Source: Candidatus Anammoxibacter sp.
GTDB taxonomy: Bacteria > Planctomycetota > Brocadiia > Brocadiales > Anammoxibacteraceae
Direction: 5' to 3'
Length of the DNA stretch: 64,000 nucleotides
NCBI GenBank assembly: GCA_021777105.1
Contig: JAIQZQ010000001.1
Location: 49,067 to 113,066, forward strand
Both the position numbers and the translations under genes were made by a program. Positions 1 through 10,647 of the stretch are shown piece after piece (the stretch's first letter is position 1; each line of letters begins with the position of its first letter). Under the pieces are notes generated by a model that saw only the letters and a program-made list of their open reading frames with translations, did not search any database and was not told the DNA's origin.

Positions 1-145
1 GGATATTATTCAAAATTCCAGAAACGAATTAAAAAAAGGAAATAAAATATCGTTTGAGGAAATGGAAGATGCAATAAAAGAAATGTAGGGAATGCATAAA
101 TAGAAAGCGAGCACTGCCACCCCTCTCGTCAGAAAAAGCGCCGGA

Positions 146-190
146 GTCAAATCTTGAAAACAGAATATGCAATCCAGGAGAATCCTGATA
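146..190 (+). repeat. Short dispersed repeat, copy 1 of a direct pair bracketing the 747-1315 cassette
   Basis: cttgaaaacagaatatgcaatccaggagaatc here versus cttgaaatcaaaatatgcaatacagaaggatc at 1402-1445. Roughly 75% identical by eye, same orientation. Confidence 0.4.
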
Positions 191-746
191 TTTTAATTTA
201 TAACAACCCAATGCCGGCTGCGCCTGTTGCCAACCGGTTTTGAATTGTTTTCTTTAAATTTATCCGATTTGTTTGCCTCATCCAGACTACCGCGCCTGTT
301 GGACTTGCTCCATACGATTTAAATCAGGATTAGGCATGTCCACATGCCGTCTGCGTTTGAAGGAAATATTTCCAATTTTGCGCCCTCCCATTAACAAGCT
401 ATTTCAACGCATGATTACTTAATTTCAACGTATAGCTTTACTTACCTGCCACGATTCGGGGACGCGCAGTGGGTAAAGCAGAAAGCAGGGGTTGTAATTG
501 AATATTGTAACCCCATTGCCGGAGATCACTTGCTAAACCGAAAGTCCAGCTACTCCGAATACGAAATTTCAATCGTCTTATCCCAGAGGCTTTGGCAGAT
601 TGAGCCCACTGAGCAGTTGTTCATTCTAGGCATGTTAAAAAGCCAAATTTCAATTGACTGTTATAAAACAAAAGGCAATAATAAATCATTGAATGTAGAG
701 ACTTGTAGCGTTTTGTTCAATAAATAAAAATGAGGGGAAATATATT

Positions 747-1034
747 ATGGAACAAACATTAACAAAAGAAGTTGGATTTGTAAAAATAGACTGTCTTCCT
801 CATAAAAAACTTTTATCTCAAATAGATGTTGTTATAGAGCCGGATTCCAATGGTTTTATTGCCAGAACACTTGATATACCTTTATATGGATATGGCGAAG
901 ACCCTATTGAAGCTATAGATTCCCTAAAATATGAGATAGAAACGCTTTATAACGATTTAATGGAAGATGATAATTTTACGGATGATTGGCTTAGAATAAA
1001 AGAATATTTAAACGATAAAATTAAAGAAGTGTAA
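747..1034 (+). CDS. HicB-like (UPF0150-type) antitoxin candidate, 95 aa
   Basis: Small acidic protein. VVIEPDSNGFIARTLDIPLYGYGEDPIEAIDSLKYEI resembles the HicB N-terminal signature (compare the clearer HicB at 25002). A gagggg RBS lies upstream. The stop overlaps the next start (TAATG at 1032-1036). Confidence 0.5.
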   Translation: MEQTLTKEVGFVKIDCLPHKKLLSQIDVVIEPDSNGFIARTLDIPLYGYGEDPIEAIDSLKYEIETLYNDLMEDDNFTDDWLRIKEYLNDKIKEV

Positions 1035-1315
1035 TGGGAAATTCTGAATATAACACACGAGATGTGAAAATCTGCTGTGAAAACAAATTAGGAATTAATT
1101 TCAGATCAGGAAAAGAACTAAATGGATGGTTCAAGCTTGAAGGTAAAAAAGCTTGCAGGATTACAATTCCAAAAGGAAGAAAAGATATCCCTCCAAAGAC
1201 ATATAAGTCAATGGCTAATCAGCTTAAATTAAAGATAGATGAATTCGATAATTTACTTAAATGCGATTTAACAAAAATGGGATATCAGGAAATTATATCT
1301 GAAAGAAGTAAATAA
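1034..1315 (+). CDS. Putative toxin partner with a weak HicA-like C-terminal motif, 93 aa
   Basis: Translationally coupled to 747-1034. RITIPKGRKDIPPKTYKSMANQLKL resembles the HicA segment tvPhh.kdl..gtl..ilkqagl, but the usual catalytic His is not evident. Tentative. Confidence 0.3.
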   Translation: MGNSEYNTRDVKICCENKLGINFRSGKELNGWFKLEGKKACRITIPKGRKDIPPKTYKSMANQLKLKIDEFDNLLKCDLTKMGYQEIISERSK

Positions 1316-1401
1316 TAGCATTACACGTGTGCTTGAATAGTAAAACAATCTAACAGGGAAAAACAATCTGAAGGAAAAATTTGAGAAAAGCTCCAGATCC
1401 G

Positions 1402-1445
1402 GGCCTTGAAATCAAAATATGCAATACAGAAGGATCACCGTAATA
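1402..1445 (+). repeat. Short dispersed repeat, copy 2 (partner of 146-190)
   Basis: Shares the aatatgcaat core and flanks with 146-190. Confidence 0.4.
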
Positions 1446-1506
1446 GTTGGCACTGGTTTATCATTTACTTTTCATTTTAAATCCTCATGTTTACAGGAAT
1501 GTTATC

Positions 1507-1776
1507 ATGAACCAAGAATGTCAAAATATATACAATAGGTTGCATAAGATTTATAAAAAACATCTTAAGAGATATAGGAATCCCGATTCTAAACAGATTT
1601 GCTGTATGTGGTCTACTTATAATCCGCCGGATGATATATACAATTGTCAACAAATCTATGACATTGAAGAAGAATTTGATATTGAACTTACTGAAGACGA
1701 TGCATTAGAAATATATGATATGAAGATTTATGAAGCATCTGAATATATTATAAACATTATTAATAGAACAAAATAA
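1507..1776 (+). CDS. Hypothetical protein (about 89 aa from the internal ATG)
   Basis: The track ORF 1447-1776 starts at TTG inside repeat DNA. ATG at 1507 (MNQECQNIY...) is the more plausible start. No recognisable motif. Confidence 0.35.
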   Translation: MNQECQNIYNRLHKIYKKHLKRYRNPDSKQICCMWSTYNPPDDIYNCQQIYDIEEEFDIELTEDDALEIYDMKIYEASEYIINIINRTK

Positions 1777-1791
1777 TAAAAGGAAGCGGAA

Positions 1792-2091
1792 ATGATTGAA
1801 GAAAACAATAAAAATATTGCTGTTGCGTGGTATAGGGAAAATCAGTGGGATAAATTATTAGAGTTCGCAATTGATAGCGGTAAATTAGAAAAAACGTATG
1901 AAGAGTGGGTTTCGCAAGCTAAACAACATATAGAAGAGCTGAAAAACAAAGGATTCAATCCAGCACGAATAGATGTCGAAGTAAACGCCCTAAAAAGCTG
2001 GTGTGAAAAAGAAGGCCGGGCAGTAGATGGTCCGGCGCGCGTAGAGTATACGATAATTGCGGCACAGGAGAACAAAAACATACTACAATAA
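1792..2091 (+). CDS. Hypothetical protein, 99 aa
   Basis: Clean ORF with an aaggaag RBS 6-8 nt upstream. No recognisable motif. Confidence 0.45.
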   Translation: MIEENNKNIAVAWYRENQWDKLLEFAIDSGKLEKTYEEWVSQAKQHIEELKNKGFNPARIDVEVNALKSWCEKEGRAVDGPARVEYTIIAAQENKNILQ

Positions 2092-2459
2092 ATCGATCCA
2101 GAGTTAAACATTGGGAACATACTTTGAAAACATAACATGTTAGTTATTTTAGAATTTTAGAACCACCCAAGGGGCAGATCTGGAAAAGACGAAAAACAAG
2201 AGCGAATTAACCGCACATCTTCATTACAACACACTATACTCAAAAACTTAAGAATGCCGAAATTTGCTAACGAATAAAAGGCTAAAGCCTTAAATCCAAC
2301 AAGCTGAGTTTGTTCGAATTTACCCTTTAGGATCTTATGAGTTAAATTGTGACAATTTTTGACAGAATATTTTCAAAAAAATAATTCCGACCTTTTTACT
2401 TTTGCCTTTTTACTTTTTACTTATCCGGTTTATCCGGGTTAGGAACGCGGAAAAATACG

Positions 2460-4646
2460 ATGAAAGTTGTAAATATAACAGGCATGCGGTGCGCTTCGTG
2501 CGTAAATAGAATAGAGAAGGCTTTGAACGGGATTGAGGGTGTTACGGCAGCGACTGTAAATCTTGTGACAAAAAAGGCTTTTGTAGACGGCCAGGTTTCT
2601 ATAGACTTAATAGCAGATACAATTGAGGGGCTTGGGTTTGGAGTTGTAAAAGAGCCTGAACCGGTTAGGGCAACAAAAGAGACGGTTCTAAAACATGACC
2701 CGGAAAAAGCCAATAGCCAGACTAAAGCCGAGAACGACGAATTTTTAAGTTCAAAAAGAAAAGTTGTTATCTCCGTGGCGCTGGCAATTCCGCTTTTATT
2801 TATCAATATGTTTTCAATTCAATTTGATTTTGCGCCTCTGGCTCAATTTTTGCTCGCCACGCTTGTGGTGTTTGGCGTTGGGTTTGATTTTACCCGCATT
2901 GCCGTAGCCCAGGCTAAAAGGTTGGAGTTCGGCATGGATGCGCTTATCGCCATGGGGTCGGGCGCGGCGTATCTTTATAGCGTTATAAATTTATTTGCAG
3001 GCAAACAAAATGAGCTCTATTTTGAGACTTCGGCAATGATTATTGCTTTGATTCTTTTTGGCCGCCACCTTGAATCAAAGGCAAAAGACCGGGCGGGCGA
3101 TGCGATCAAAAAATTAATAGAGTTGAGGCCTGAAAAAGCGCGCATAACAAAAGAGGGGCGGGAAATCGAAATACCTTTAACAGAAGTTGTCGCCGGCAAC
3201 GAGATTGTTATTCGACCGGGCGAAACCGCGCCGGTGGACGGAAAGGTTTTGCAGGGGAAGACAACGGTTGACGAATCAATGATCACAGGCGAAAGCATGC
3301 CGGTGATTAAGAAAAAAGATGATGATGTGTTTGCGGGCTCGATTAACCATAACGGATCAATTAGAATTGCCGCAAAACATTCAGGCGCTGAAAGTGTAAT
3401 ATCTAAAATTATTGAAACTGTTGAACGAGCTCAATCTTCAAAGGCTCCTGTTCAACGCCTGGCCGACAGGGTTGCGGGGGTATTTGTCCCTATTGTTATT
3501 GGAATAGCGGCAGTGACATTGACAGCCTGGTTGTTAACCGGGCATTGTTTTAGCGAATCTCTTTCACCGGCCATAGCCGTGCTGGTAATCGCATGCCCTT
3601 GCGCTTTAGGGCTTGCCGTTCCCACGGCGGTCGCTGTAAGCTCCGGACGCGCCGCAAAAGCCGGTGTATTAATCAAAGACGCTACAAGCCTTGAAAACGC
3701 GCTTAAAATTGAAACGCTTATGTTTGACAAAACCGGGACTATTACCAAAGGAGTTCCGGTAATCACCGGAATATATAGCGTTGGAAACATGACCAAAGGC
3801 AAAATCCTTGAGATAGCCGCATCTTGCGAACGGTATTCGGAACATCCTTTGGGAAAAGCGATAGTAGAGCTTGCAAACAAAGAGGACGCTCAGCTGGGAG
3901 ACGCCGAAGATTTCAAATCATCGCCGGGCGAAGGCATAAGCGCAAAATACAACGGAGCTGTCGTTTGCCTGGGAAATTCCGCGTTTATGCGCAAAAATTG
4001 TGTTGATACCAAAGTTTGCGAAGCCAAAGTTAACGACTTTAAATCCGGTGGCGAAACGGTGTTTTATATGGCGATTGACGGCAAAGCCGAGGCATTGATT
4101 TCCATGTCCGACACGCTTCGCGACACAACCATGCCGGCAATTAAACGGCTGAAATCCATGGGCATAGCGCCGATCATGCTGACCGGAGATGATGAGAAAA
4201 CCGCCGCAATCATCGCAGCCAAAGCAGGCATTGAGAGTTTTAAAGCCGGGCTTAGCCCTATTGACAAGGCAAATGAAATAAAGCTGGTAAAGATCAGAGG
4301 CAAAATTGCGGGCATGGTCGGCGACGGTATAAACGACGCGCCCGCCCTTGCCGAGGCGGATGTTGGTTTTGCCATGGGAACCGGAACGGACATTGCAATG
4401 GACGCGGCGCAGATAACGCTTGTAAAAGGCGATATTTCCAAAGTGGCGGGAACCATTAATTTGTCAAAAATGAGCGCCAAAATAATAAGGCAAAACCTGA
4501 TATGGGCGTTTGGATACAACCTTGCCGCCCTGCCCATTGCGGCGCTGGGCATGCTAGACCCAATGATAGCCGCCGCCGCCATGGCGTTAAGCTCGGTTTC
4601 GGTTGTTTCAAACTCATTAAGGTTAAAGAATTGTAAATTTGAGTAG
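2460..4646 (+). CDS. copA: Copper/heavy-metal translocating P1B-type ATPase
   Basis: N-terminal HMA domain with GMRCASC (CxxC), transmembrane CPC motif (ACPCALGLAVP), phosphorylation site DKTGTIT, and GDGINDAPAL hinge. Confidence 0.95.
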   Translation: MKVVNITGMRCASCVNRIEKALNGIEGVTAATVNLVTKKAFVDGQVSIDLIADTIEGLGFGVVKEPEPVRATKETVLKHDPEKANSQTKAENDEFLSSKRKVVISVALAIPLLFINMFSIQFDFAPLAQFLLATLVVFGVGFDFTRIAVAQAKRLEFGMDALIAMGSGAAYLYSVINLFAGKQNELYFETSAMIIALILFGRHLESKAKDRAGDAIKKLIELRPEKARITKEGREIEIPLTEVVAGNEIVIRPGETAPVDGKVLQGKTTVDESMITGESMPVIKKKDDDVFAGSINHNGSIRIAAKHSGAESVISKIIETVERAQSSKAPVQRLADRVAGVFVPIVIGIAAVTLTAWLLTGHCFSESLSPAIAVLVIACPCALGLAVPTAVAVSSGRAAKAGVLIKDATSLENALKIETLMFDKTGTITKGVPVITGIYSVGNMTKGKILEIAASCERYSEHPLGKAIVELANKEDAQLGDAEDFKSSPGEGISAKYNGAVVCLGNSAFMRKNCVDTKVCEAKVNDFKSGGETVFYMAIDGKAEALISMSDTLRDTTMPAIKRLKSMGIAPIMLTGDDEKTAAIIAAKAGIESFKAGLSPIDKANEIKLVKIRGKIAGMVGDGINDAPALAEADVGFAMGTGTDIAMDAAQITLVKGDISKVAGTINLSKMSAKIIRQNLIWAFGYNLAALPIAALGMLDPMIAAAAMALSSVSVVSNSLRLKNCKFE

Positions 4647-4716
4647 GTTTGTTGAGATCAACTGTCCCCCCTCTTTCATTACCATTTTTGAGAGCAGGAG
4701 CAAGCATGAACAACAT

Positions 4717-4734
4717 CCCCTCTATAAAGAGGGG
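4717..4734. terminator. Hairpin between convergent copA and lptB (candidate bidirectional terminator, cccctct/agagggg repeat type)
   Basis: cccctctataaagagggg forms a 7-bp GC-rich stem between two converging stop codons. The same stem type recurs at 50351-50430. Confidence 0.35.
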
Positions 4735-4757
4735 AAGGGGAACGAGTGGAGTGTTTT

Positions 4758-5474
4758 TTACCACTCCTCGCCAAGGTATGATTTTCTGGCGATTGGGTCG
4801 TCAAGTATTTCGCTGGTAGTGCCTTTTGTGATGACAACGCCCTCGTCTATTATGTATGAGCGGTCGGTTATGCTAAGGGCGTCGCGCACGTTATGGTCGG
4901 TAATTAATATGCCGATGCCTTTGTCCCTTAAATGCCACACAATATCCTTAACTTCGGTTATGGCAATTGGATCAACACCGGTAAACGGCTCGTCAAGCAG
5001 AATTAACGAGGGCGAAGTGGCAAGGCACCTGGCGATCTCAAGCCTTCTTCTCTCTCCGCCGGAAAGGGTGTATGCCTTCATCTTTGCCAGTTTAGTCAAC
5101 CCAAATTCATCCAGCAACTGCATAAGCTTCTCTTGTTTCTCGGCGCGGTTGTATTTCAGGGTTTCAAGAATGGCCATGATGTTCTCCTCTGCCGTGAGTT
5201 TCTGGAAAATTGAAGGGTCCTGCGCAAGGTAGCCCATGCCGTGTCTGGCGCGCATGTATATCGGCTCCCTGGTTATATCATTGCTTTGAAAAAAGACCCT
5301 GCCCTTATCAGGCTTAATCAGGCCGATTATCATCCTGAAAAGCGTGCTCTTGCCGGCTCCGTTCTTCCCTAACAATCCCACTATTTCACTGGTAAAAACG
5401 TCGAAATTGACGTTGTTAACAACCATTCTTTTGCTGAAAGATTTTGTCAACCCTTCTACTTCCAATAACTTCAT
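4758..5474 (-). CDS. lptB: LPS export ABC transporter ATP-binding protein
   Basis: Walker A GKNGAGKST, signature LSGGERRRLEIARCL, Walker B LILLDEPF. The length (238 aa) and the GMGYLAQDPSIF segment are typical of LptB. Confidence 0.85.
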   Translation of the reverse strand: MKLLEVEGLTKSFSKRMVVNNVNFDVFTSEIVGLLGKNGAGKSTLFRMIIGLIKPDKGRVFFQSNDITREPIYMRARHGMGYLAQDPSIFQKLTAEENIMAILETLKYNRAEKQEKLMQLLDEFGLTKLAKMKAYTLSGGERRRLEIARCLATSPSLILLDEPFTGVDPIAITEVKDIVWHLRDKGIGILITDHNVRDALSITDRSYIIDEGVVITKGTTSEILDDPIARKSYLGEEW

Positions 5475-5632
5475 TTCAAGAAGCTCCTTTTAAATAATAT
5501 AGCCTGCGCAATCTATTATAGTTTTGGCAATTGTAACCGAATACCGCTTAAACTTTAAATAAAAAATTTGAATCTAAATTGCGAGAACCCTTAGTTTTTG
5601 ATTTTTGTTTCTGTTTTAGATATCATGCTAAA

Positions 5633-6730
5633 ATGAAAATTACGGTTGGAGCTTATGTGTACCCAGGATGGCATGATTGCTCAGTGCGCGGTAAAAGCTT
5701 TCCTGGGAGTTTTAGCGAATGGGATTTGGTATTAAATGCCCCAAAGCGTTTTGATAACCACTATCAGCCAAGAATACCGGCCAGGGGGATTTATGATGAT
5801 TCCGACCCTGAGGTTGCGGCAAATCAAGTTAAACTTGCAACGGCGCATGGTGTTGACATGTTTGTTTACGGTTTCTTCTGGTCAAGAGGCAAGCGGGCGC
5901 TTTATAAGCCGCTTGATGAAGGATTCTTAAAGAGCAAAGAGTGTGATGAGTTCCTGTTTGCGGTTATGTGGGCCAACCGCATGCCTCGCGGGGTGTTGCC
6001 GGTAAAAAACGCGCCAGGGCCTGAGATTGATCCGGGGCGCCTTGTTTATACGGACAGAGATGATTTTATGAATCTTATAATCTTCCTTGAAGAGAACTAT
6101 TTCAGGAGAAGGAATTATTTTCGCATTAATAACAAGCCGCTTTTTTCAATATTTGACTCGACCTTTTTTATAAATCAACTTGGTTTTGATTTAACCTCAG
6201 AGGCATTAAATGAAGCGGACAAATATTTAATTTCAAAAGGTTATGACGGCTTGCATTTGATGGGGCTTAACCCCGCGCCAAAAACATTGAGGCATTATAA
6301 TGAGATTGGATTTCAAAGTTTAAGCCATTATGTGTGGCTGCCGGACTGGAAAGGGGATCATTTGCAGGATTACCAGACTGTTTCAACTAAACGGGCCAAA
6401 GAGTGGGCCGGTTTTGCAAATGCCGGGAAATTGCCGTATTATCCATCTGTTTCACCGGGATGGGACGCAACGCCTCGCGGCGAAATACACGGCAACCCTA
6501 AGACGCAAAAGTACCCCTGGTGGCCTGTGGTTGTTGGTGAAAATCCAGAGCTTTTTCGCGGTTTTTTAGAAAAAGGGATTAATTTTACCGTTAAGCATAA
6601 TGACAACCCTATAGTTTTTATAGCGTCATGGAATGAATGGAGCGAAGGGCATTATTTAGAGCCTGATCAACGATATGGGGAGGCATGGCTGCATGCGGTT
6701 AAAGAGGCGAAGGGAAATGTTGGATTTTAG
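5633..6730 (+). CDS. WbsX / glycoside hydrolase family 99-like protein
   Basis: GAYVYPGWH...FSEWDLV...HYQPRIPARGIYDDSDPEV...HGVDMFVYGFFW matches the WbsX-type consensus as I recall it. ATG at 5633 is preferred over the TTG at 5579. Confidence 0.7.
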   Translation: MKITVGAYVYPGWHDCSVRGKSFPGSFSEWDLVLNAPKRFDNHYQPRIPARGIYDDSDPEVAANQVKLATAHGVDMFVYGFFWSRGKRALYKPLDEGFLKSKECDEFLFAVMWANRMPRGVLPVKNAPGPEIDPGRLVYTDRDDFMNLIIFLEENYFRRRNYFRINNKPLFSIFDSTFFINQLGFDLTSEALNEADKYLISKGYDGLHLMGLNPAPKTLRHYNEIGFQSLSHYVWLPDWKGDHLQDYQTVSTKRAKEWAGFANAGKLPYYPSVSPGWDATPRGEIHGNPKTQKYPWWPVVVGENPELFRGFLEKGINFTVKHNDNPIVFIASWNEWSEGHYLEPDQRYGEAWLHAVKEAKGNVGF

Positions 6731-6823
6731 ATTTCGAATTTTAAATTAAAATAATTGAACTGTGTTTGCCAAAATATTGCGTCATAATTTAGGTAAAACT
6801 TAATATCAGAGATACTAAAAAGA

Positions 6824-7720
6824 ATGGATGAGTGTTTTTTTGTTTCAATTGATCTGGAGCTTACAAATCTGTGCGGCAACTCATGCGCAATATGCCCGCG
6901 CGAAAAGATAAGCAGGCCGAAGGGGCTAATGTCAAAAAAGACTTTGGGCTTTATTGTTGAATTGATTGCAAAAGAGGGGCGATTAATTACACTTTCCGGC
7001 ATGGGCAACCCGCTTCAACATCCAGATGTGTTTGACGTTATAAGGTCTATAAGAGCAAATGGGGCTGACGCGGGCATTGTAGTAAATCCGGCCTCGCTTA
7101 CAACAGAAAAAATTGAAAGGTTGATAGAGGCTGCGCCAAATGTGATTGCGATCTCGTTTCCAAGCTTTAGAGATGCAGTTTTTGAAAAGATTGTTCCAGA
7201 TATCTCATTTGATAAGGCAATGAAAATAACGCGTGAATTAATAGCCGGGGCAAAAGGCAAAGTCGGTGTAAAGATTGCCGGGGTTCAGGCTAAAATAAAT
7301 AGTGATGAGAAGGATGATTTCGTCCGATTTTGGAAAGGACTGGGAGTCTTTGCAAATATGTTTGATTGCCATGGAAGGGGCGGCAACCTTGAGCCGTCTG
7401 AAATTTACACAACTGAAACGAATAAAGTATTTTCCGGAACGTGCGGGATGTTTGGATTTCACACATTTATTACCTGGGAAGGCGATGTTATTGCGTGTTG
7501 TCACGACCTTAATGGAAAAACCATGATGGGGAACATTGTTAATGACGGCCTTGAAGCTATTGTTGAAGCAAAAAACAGGATTTTAAAAAGCGGGAATATG
7601 TTCAACCTATGCCAAACATGCGATGAGCCGTTGCGGCTTTGCGATTTGCCGACAGGCTCACAGCCGAACAGCAGGCGCTCCAGAAGAAAATTCTTCCGGA
7701 GCCTGCAAAAAACAAATTAA
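6824..7720 (+). CDS. Radical SAM protein with a Cys-rich C-terminal (SPASM/twitch-like) region
   Basis: CGNSCAIC is a Cx3Cx2C cluster near the N-terminus. C-terminal cysteines lie in GTCGMFG...ACCHD...LCQTCDE. Confidence 0.75.
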   Translation: MDECFFVSIDLELTNLCGNSCAICPREKISRPKGLMSKKTLGFIVELIAKEGRLITLSGMGNPLQHPDVFDVIRSIRANGADAGIVVNPASLTTEKIERLIEAAPNVIAISFPSFRDAVFEKIVPDISFDKAMKITRELIAGAKGKVGVKIAGVQAKINSDEKDDFVRFWKGLGVFANMFDCHGRGGNLEPSEIYTTETNKVFSGTCGMFGFHTFITWEGDVIACCHDLNGKTMMGNIVNDGLEAIVEAKNRILKSGNMFNLCQTCDEPLRLCDLPTGSQPNSRRSRRKFFRSLQKTN

Positions 7721-7745
7721 GTCAATGGTTGTAAAAACCGATTGA

Positions 7746-10490
7746 TTATTGGTCTAACGCGCTTAAAGCGGCAGCGAGTCTGGCAATAGGCACTCTGAAT
7801 GGAGAGCAGCTAACGTAATCAAGTCCAATGTCGTGGCAAAATTTAACGGATGAAGGTTCACCGCCATGTTCGCCGCAAATACCGACCTTTAAAGTTGGCC
7901 TGGTAAGCTTGCCTTTTTTAATGCCCATCTTGACCAGTTGGCCAACGCCGTTTTGATCAAGGACTTCAAAAGGATCTTTCTCTAAAATGCCTCGTTTTGT
8001 AAATTCAGGAACAAACGATCCTACATCGTCACGGCTATAGCCAAACGTCATCTGGGTCAAATCATTAGTGCCGAAAGAGAAGAATTCAGCCTCTTTGGCC
8101 ACCTGATTTGCGGCCAGGGCTGCCCTTGGGGTCTCAATCATTGTGCCTATTTTGTAGTCAACTTTTACGCCTTTCTTTTTAATCACATCTTCCGCCACAA
8201 CTTCAACGAGTTCCCTTAATACCCTCATCTCCTCTTCGGTTGTAATAAGAGGTATCATTATTTCAGGGATGACTTTTATGCCTTTCTTTTTGACATTGCA
8301 CGCGGCTTCCATAATAGCCTGGGCCTGCATCTGATAAATTTCAGGATAAGTGATGCCTAAACGGCAGCCTCTATGGCCAAGCATTGGGTTAAGCTCAGCA
8401 AGGCTTTCAACTTTTTTCCTGATATCTTCAACGTCTATCTTCATCTTTTTAGCCAGTTCGGTTTGAAGCTCTTTCTCTTTAGGCAGGAATTCGTGCAAAG
8501 GCGGGTCAAGCAGCCTGATATTAACAGGCAAGCCGTCCATCTCCTTAAATATTTTCTCAAAGTCGCTCCTCTGCGCAGGCAGCAGTTTCTTTAAAGCTCC
8601 GGTATATAGCTGTTCGCAATCTTTGAACTTCTTTTCAACCTTCTTAAGCTCAGTTTTTAGCGCGTCGGCTTTATCTTTTGGCAACTTTTCAAGCTCAACG
8701 TTTTTATCTTTAATTTCCGCCTCAAGAGATTTCACGTCGCCGGCAACCAATATCATCTGTCTTACATTGCCAATGCGGTCTTCATCAAAAAACATATGCT
8801 CAGTTCTGCACAAGCCAATGCCTTCCGCGCCAAACTCGCGGGCGCGCTTGGCGTCCTGAGGGGTGTCGGCGTTTGTCCTTATCTTTAATCTGCGGTAGGA
8901 ATCGGCCCATTTCATAAGTTTTGAGAAATCGCCGCTTAACTTCACCTCAATTGTGGCAAGTTCGCCCAACATGACTTCGCCCGTGCTTCCGTCAAGAGAT
9001 ATAAAATCGCCATCTTTAACAACCTTGCCGCTTACTGAAAACTCTTTTTTCGAGTAGTTCACCTGTATAGAGCCGCAACCCGCCACGCAACACTTGCCCA
9101 TGCCTCTGGCCACAACCGCGGCGTGCGATGTCATGCCGCCTCTTGCTGTAAGTATGCCTTGCGCGGCGTACATGCCGCCTATATCTTCAGGGGAAGTCTC
9201 AACCCTTACAAGTATGACTTTCTGGTTTTTAGAGCCAAGCTCTTCAGCCTCTTCAGCGCTAAAAACAACCTTGCCAGTGGCGGCTCCCGGCGATGCCGGC
9301 AAACCAGTGGCAATAACCTGTCTTTTTGCTTTTGGATCAAAAGTCGGATGAAGCAGTTGGTCCAACTGGCCCGGTTCTACCCTTTGTATAGCGGTCTTTT
9401 TGTCTATTAATTTCTCTTTTTCAAGATCAACGGCAATCTTAACCGCCGCTTGAGCTGTGCGTTTCCCGTTTCTGGTCTGGAGCATGTAAAGCTTGCCGTC
9501 CTGTATTGTAAACTCCATGTCCTGCACATCTTTGTAATGTTTTTCAAGGTTGTCTTTTATGCCGATCAAACGTTCATAAGCATCAGGCATAACCTTTTTC
9601 AGGTCTTCTATAGGGTCTGGAGTGCGAATACCCGCAACGACATCCTCACCCTGCGCGTTTAACAAGAATTCGCCATAGAACTTGTTTTCGCCGGTTGACG
9701 GGTTTCTGGTAAAACACACGCCCGTGGCAGAATTGTCGCCCATGTTGCCGAAAACCATTGTTTGCACCGTAACGGCAGTTCCCAAAAGGCCTTTTATATC
9801 ATATAGTTCTCTGTACTTTATAGCCCTGGGATTATTCCATGATTTAAACACGGCCTCAATAGCCTCGTCCAGCTGTTTTCTGGGAGAGGTTGGAAACTTC
9901 TTGCCCGTGCTCTTTTTATAAATGTCAAAATATTTATCAACCAGCTCTTTAAGCTGTTTAACGCTTAAATCAGTGTCATTTTCGATTTTTGCCTTTTTCT
10001 TCTGTTTCTCAATTTCGACCTCAAACAGTTGACGATCTATGCCTTTTACCACATCGCTAAACATTGTTATAAACCGCCTATATGCATCCCAGGCAAACCG
10101 TTCGTTGCCGGTCTTTTTAATTAAGCCTTCAACCGAGTCTGGATTTAACCCTAAATTCAACACGGTGTCCATCATGCCGGGCATTGATGAAGCGGCTCCG
10201 CTTCGCACTGAAACAAGGAGGGGGTTGTCACTTCCGCCAAGTTCGGCGTCCATAACATTTTGCAATCTGGCTATGTTTTTATCTATCTCTTTAGACAGAT
10301 CCGCCGGAAACTTGTTTTTATTTTTGCTATATTGATCGCATACTTCCGTTGTTATTGTAAAACCGGGAGGCACCGGGATGCCAAGATTTGTCATTTCTGC
10401 CAGGTTCGCGCCTTTGCCCCCTAAAAGCTCTTTCATGTCTGCTTTGCCGTCTGCTCTGCCGTTAGCGAAAAAATAGATAGACTTTCCCAT
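7746..10490 (-). CDS. ppdK: Pyruvate, phosphate dikinase
   Basis: 914 aa. N-terminus GGKGANLAEMTNLGIPVPPGFTI, phospho-His loop GGMTSHAAVVARGMGK, C-terminal PEP-utilising domain GICGEHGGEP. Confidence 0.95.
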   Translation of the reverse strand: MGKSIYFFANGRADGKADMKELLGGKGANLAEMTNLGIPVPPGFTITTEVCDQYSKNKNKFPADLSKEIDKNIARLQNVMDAELGGSDNPLLVSVRSGAASSMPGMMDTVLNLGLNPDSVEGLIKKTGNERFAWDAYRRFITMFSDVVKGIDRQLFEVEIEKQKKKAKIENDTDLSVKQLKELVDKYFDIYKKSTGKKFPTSPRKQLDEAIEAVFKSWNNPRAIKYRELYDIKGLLGTAVTVQTMVFGNMGDNSATGVCFTRNPSTGENKFYGEFLLNAQGEDVVAGIRTPDPIEDLKKVMPDAYERLIGIKDNLEKHYKDVQDMEFTIQDGKLYMLQTRNGKRTAQAAVKIAVDLEKEKLIDKKTAIQRVEPGQLDQLLHPTFDPKAKRQVIATGLPASPGAATGKVVFSAEEAEELGSKNQKVILVRVETSPEDIGGMYAAQGILTARGGMTSHAAVVARGMGKCCVAGCGSIQVNYSKKEFSVSGKVVKDGDFISLDGSTGEVMLGELATIEVKLSGDFSKLMKWADSYRRLKIRTNADTPQDAKRAREFGAEGIGLCRTEHMFFDEDRIGNVRQMILVAGDVKSLEAEIKDKNVELEKLPKDKADALKTELKKVEKKFKDCEQLYTGALKKLLPAQRSDFEKIFKEMDGLPVNIRLLDPPLHEFLPKEKELQTELAKKMKIDVEDIRKKVESLAELNPMLGHRGCRLGITYPEIYQMQAQAIMEAACNVKKKGIKVIPEIMIPLITTEEEMRVLRELVEVVAEDVIKKKGVKVDYKIGTMIETPRAALAANQVAKEAEFFSFGTNDLTQMTFGYSRDDVGSFVPEFTKRGILEKDPFEVLDQNGVGQLVKMGIKKGKLTRPTLKVGICGEHGGEPSSVKFCHDIGLDYVSCSPFRVPIARLAAALSALDQ

Positions 10491-10647
10491 AACATCATCT
10501 CCTTTTGTTTCTACCCCTTTAAAAGCCTAAGCTTTTTTATCGGGAAGCGGCAAATTTAACCGCTTTTAAACAATTAATTATCCAGTAATACAAACTAATG
10601 AAGTCAAAACTTCAAAAACTTTACAAACTTTAAATTAAAATCATGGT

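Noticed and set aside
2417-2806. 129-aa minus-strand ORF overlapping the copA start
   Set aside because: It is antisense to the copA HMA domain, which has clear motifs. There is no independent support.
4064-5232. Antisense ORFs 4064-4582 (-), 4456-4764 (-) and 4639-5232 (+)
   Set aside because: They overlap copA or lptB on the opposite strand, and both of those have unambiguous motifs. None carries a motif of its own.
5579-5632. TTG-initiated 18-aa extension of the WbsX-like ORF
   Set aside because: Family similarity begins at MKITVGAYVYPGWH (ATG 5633). The extension is Phe/Cys-rich and looks non-coding.
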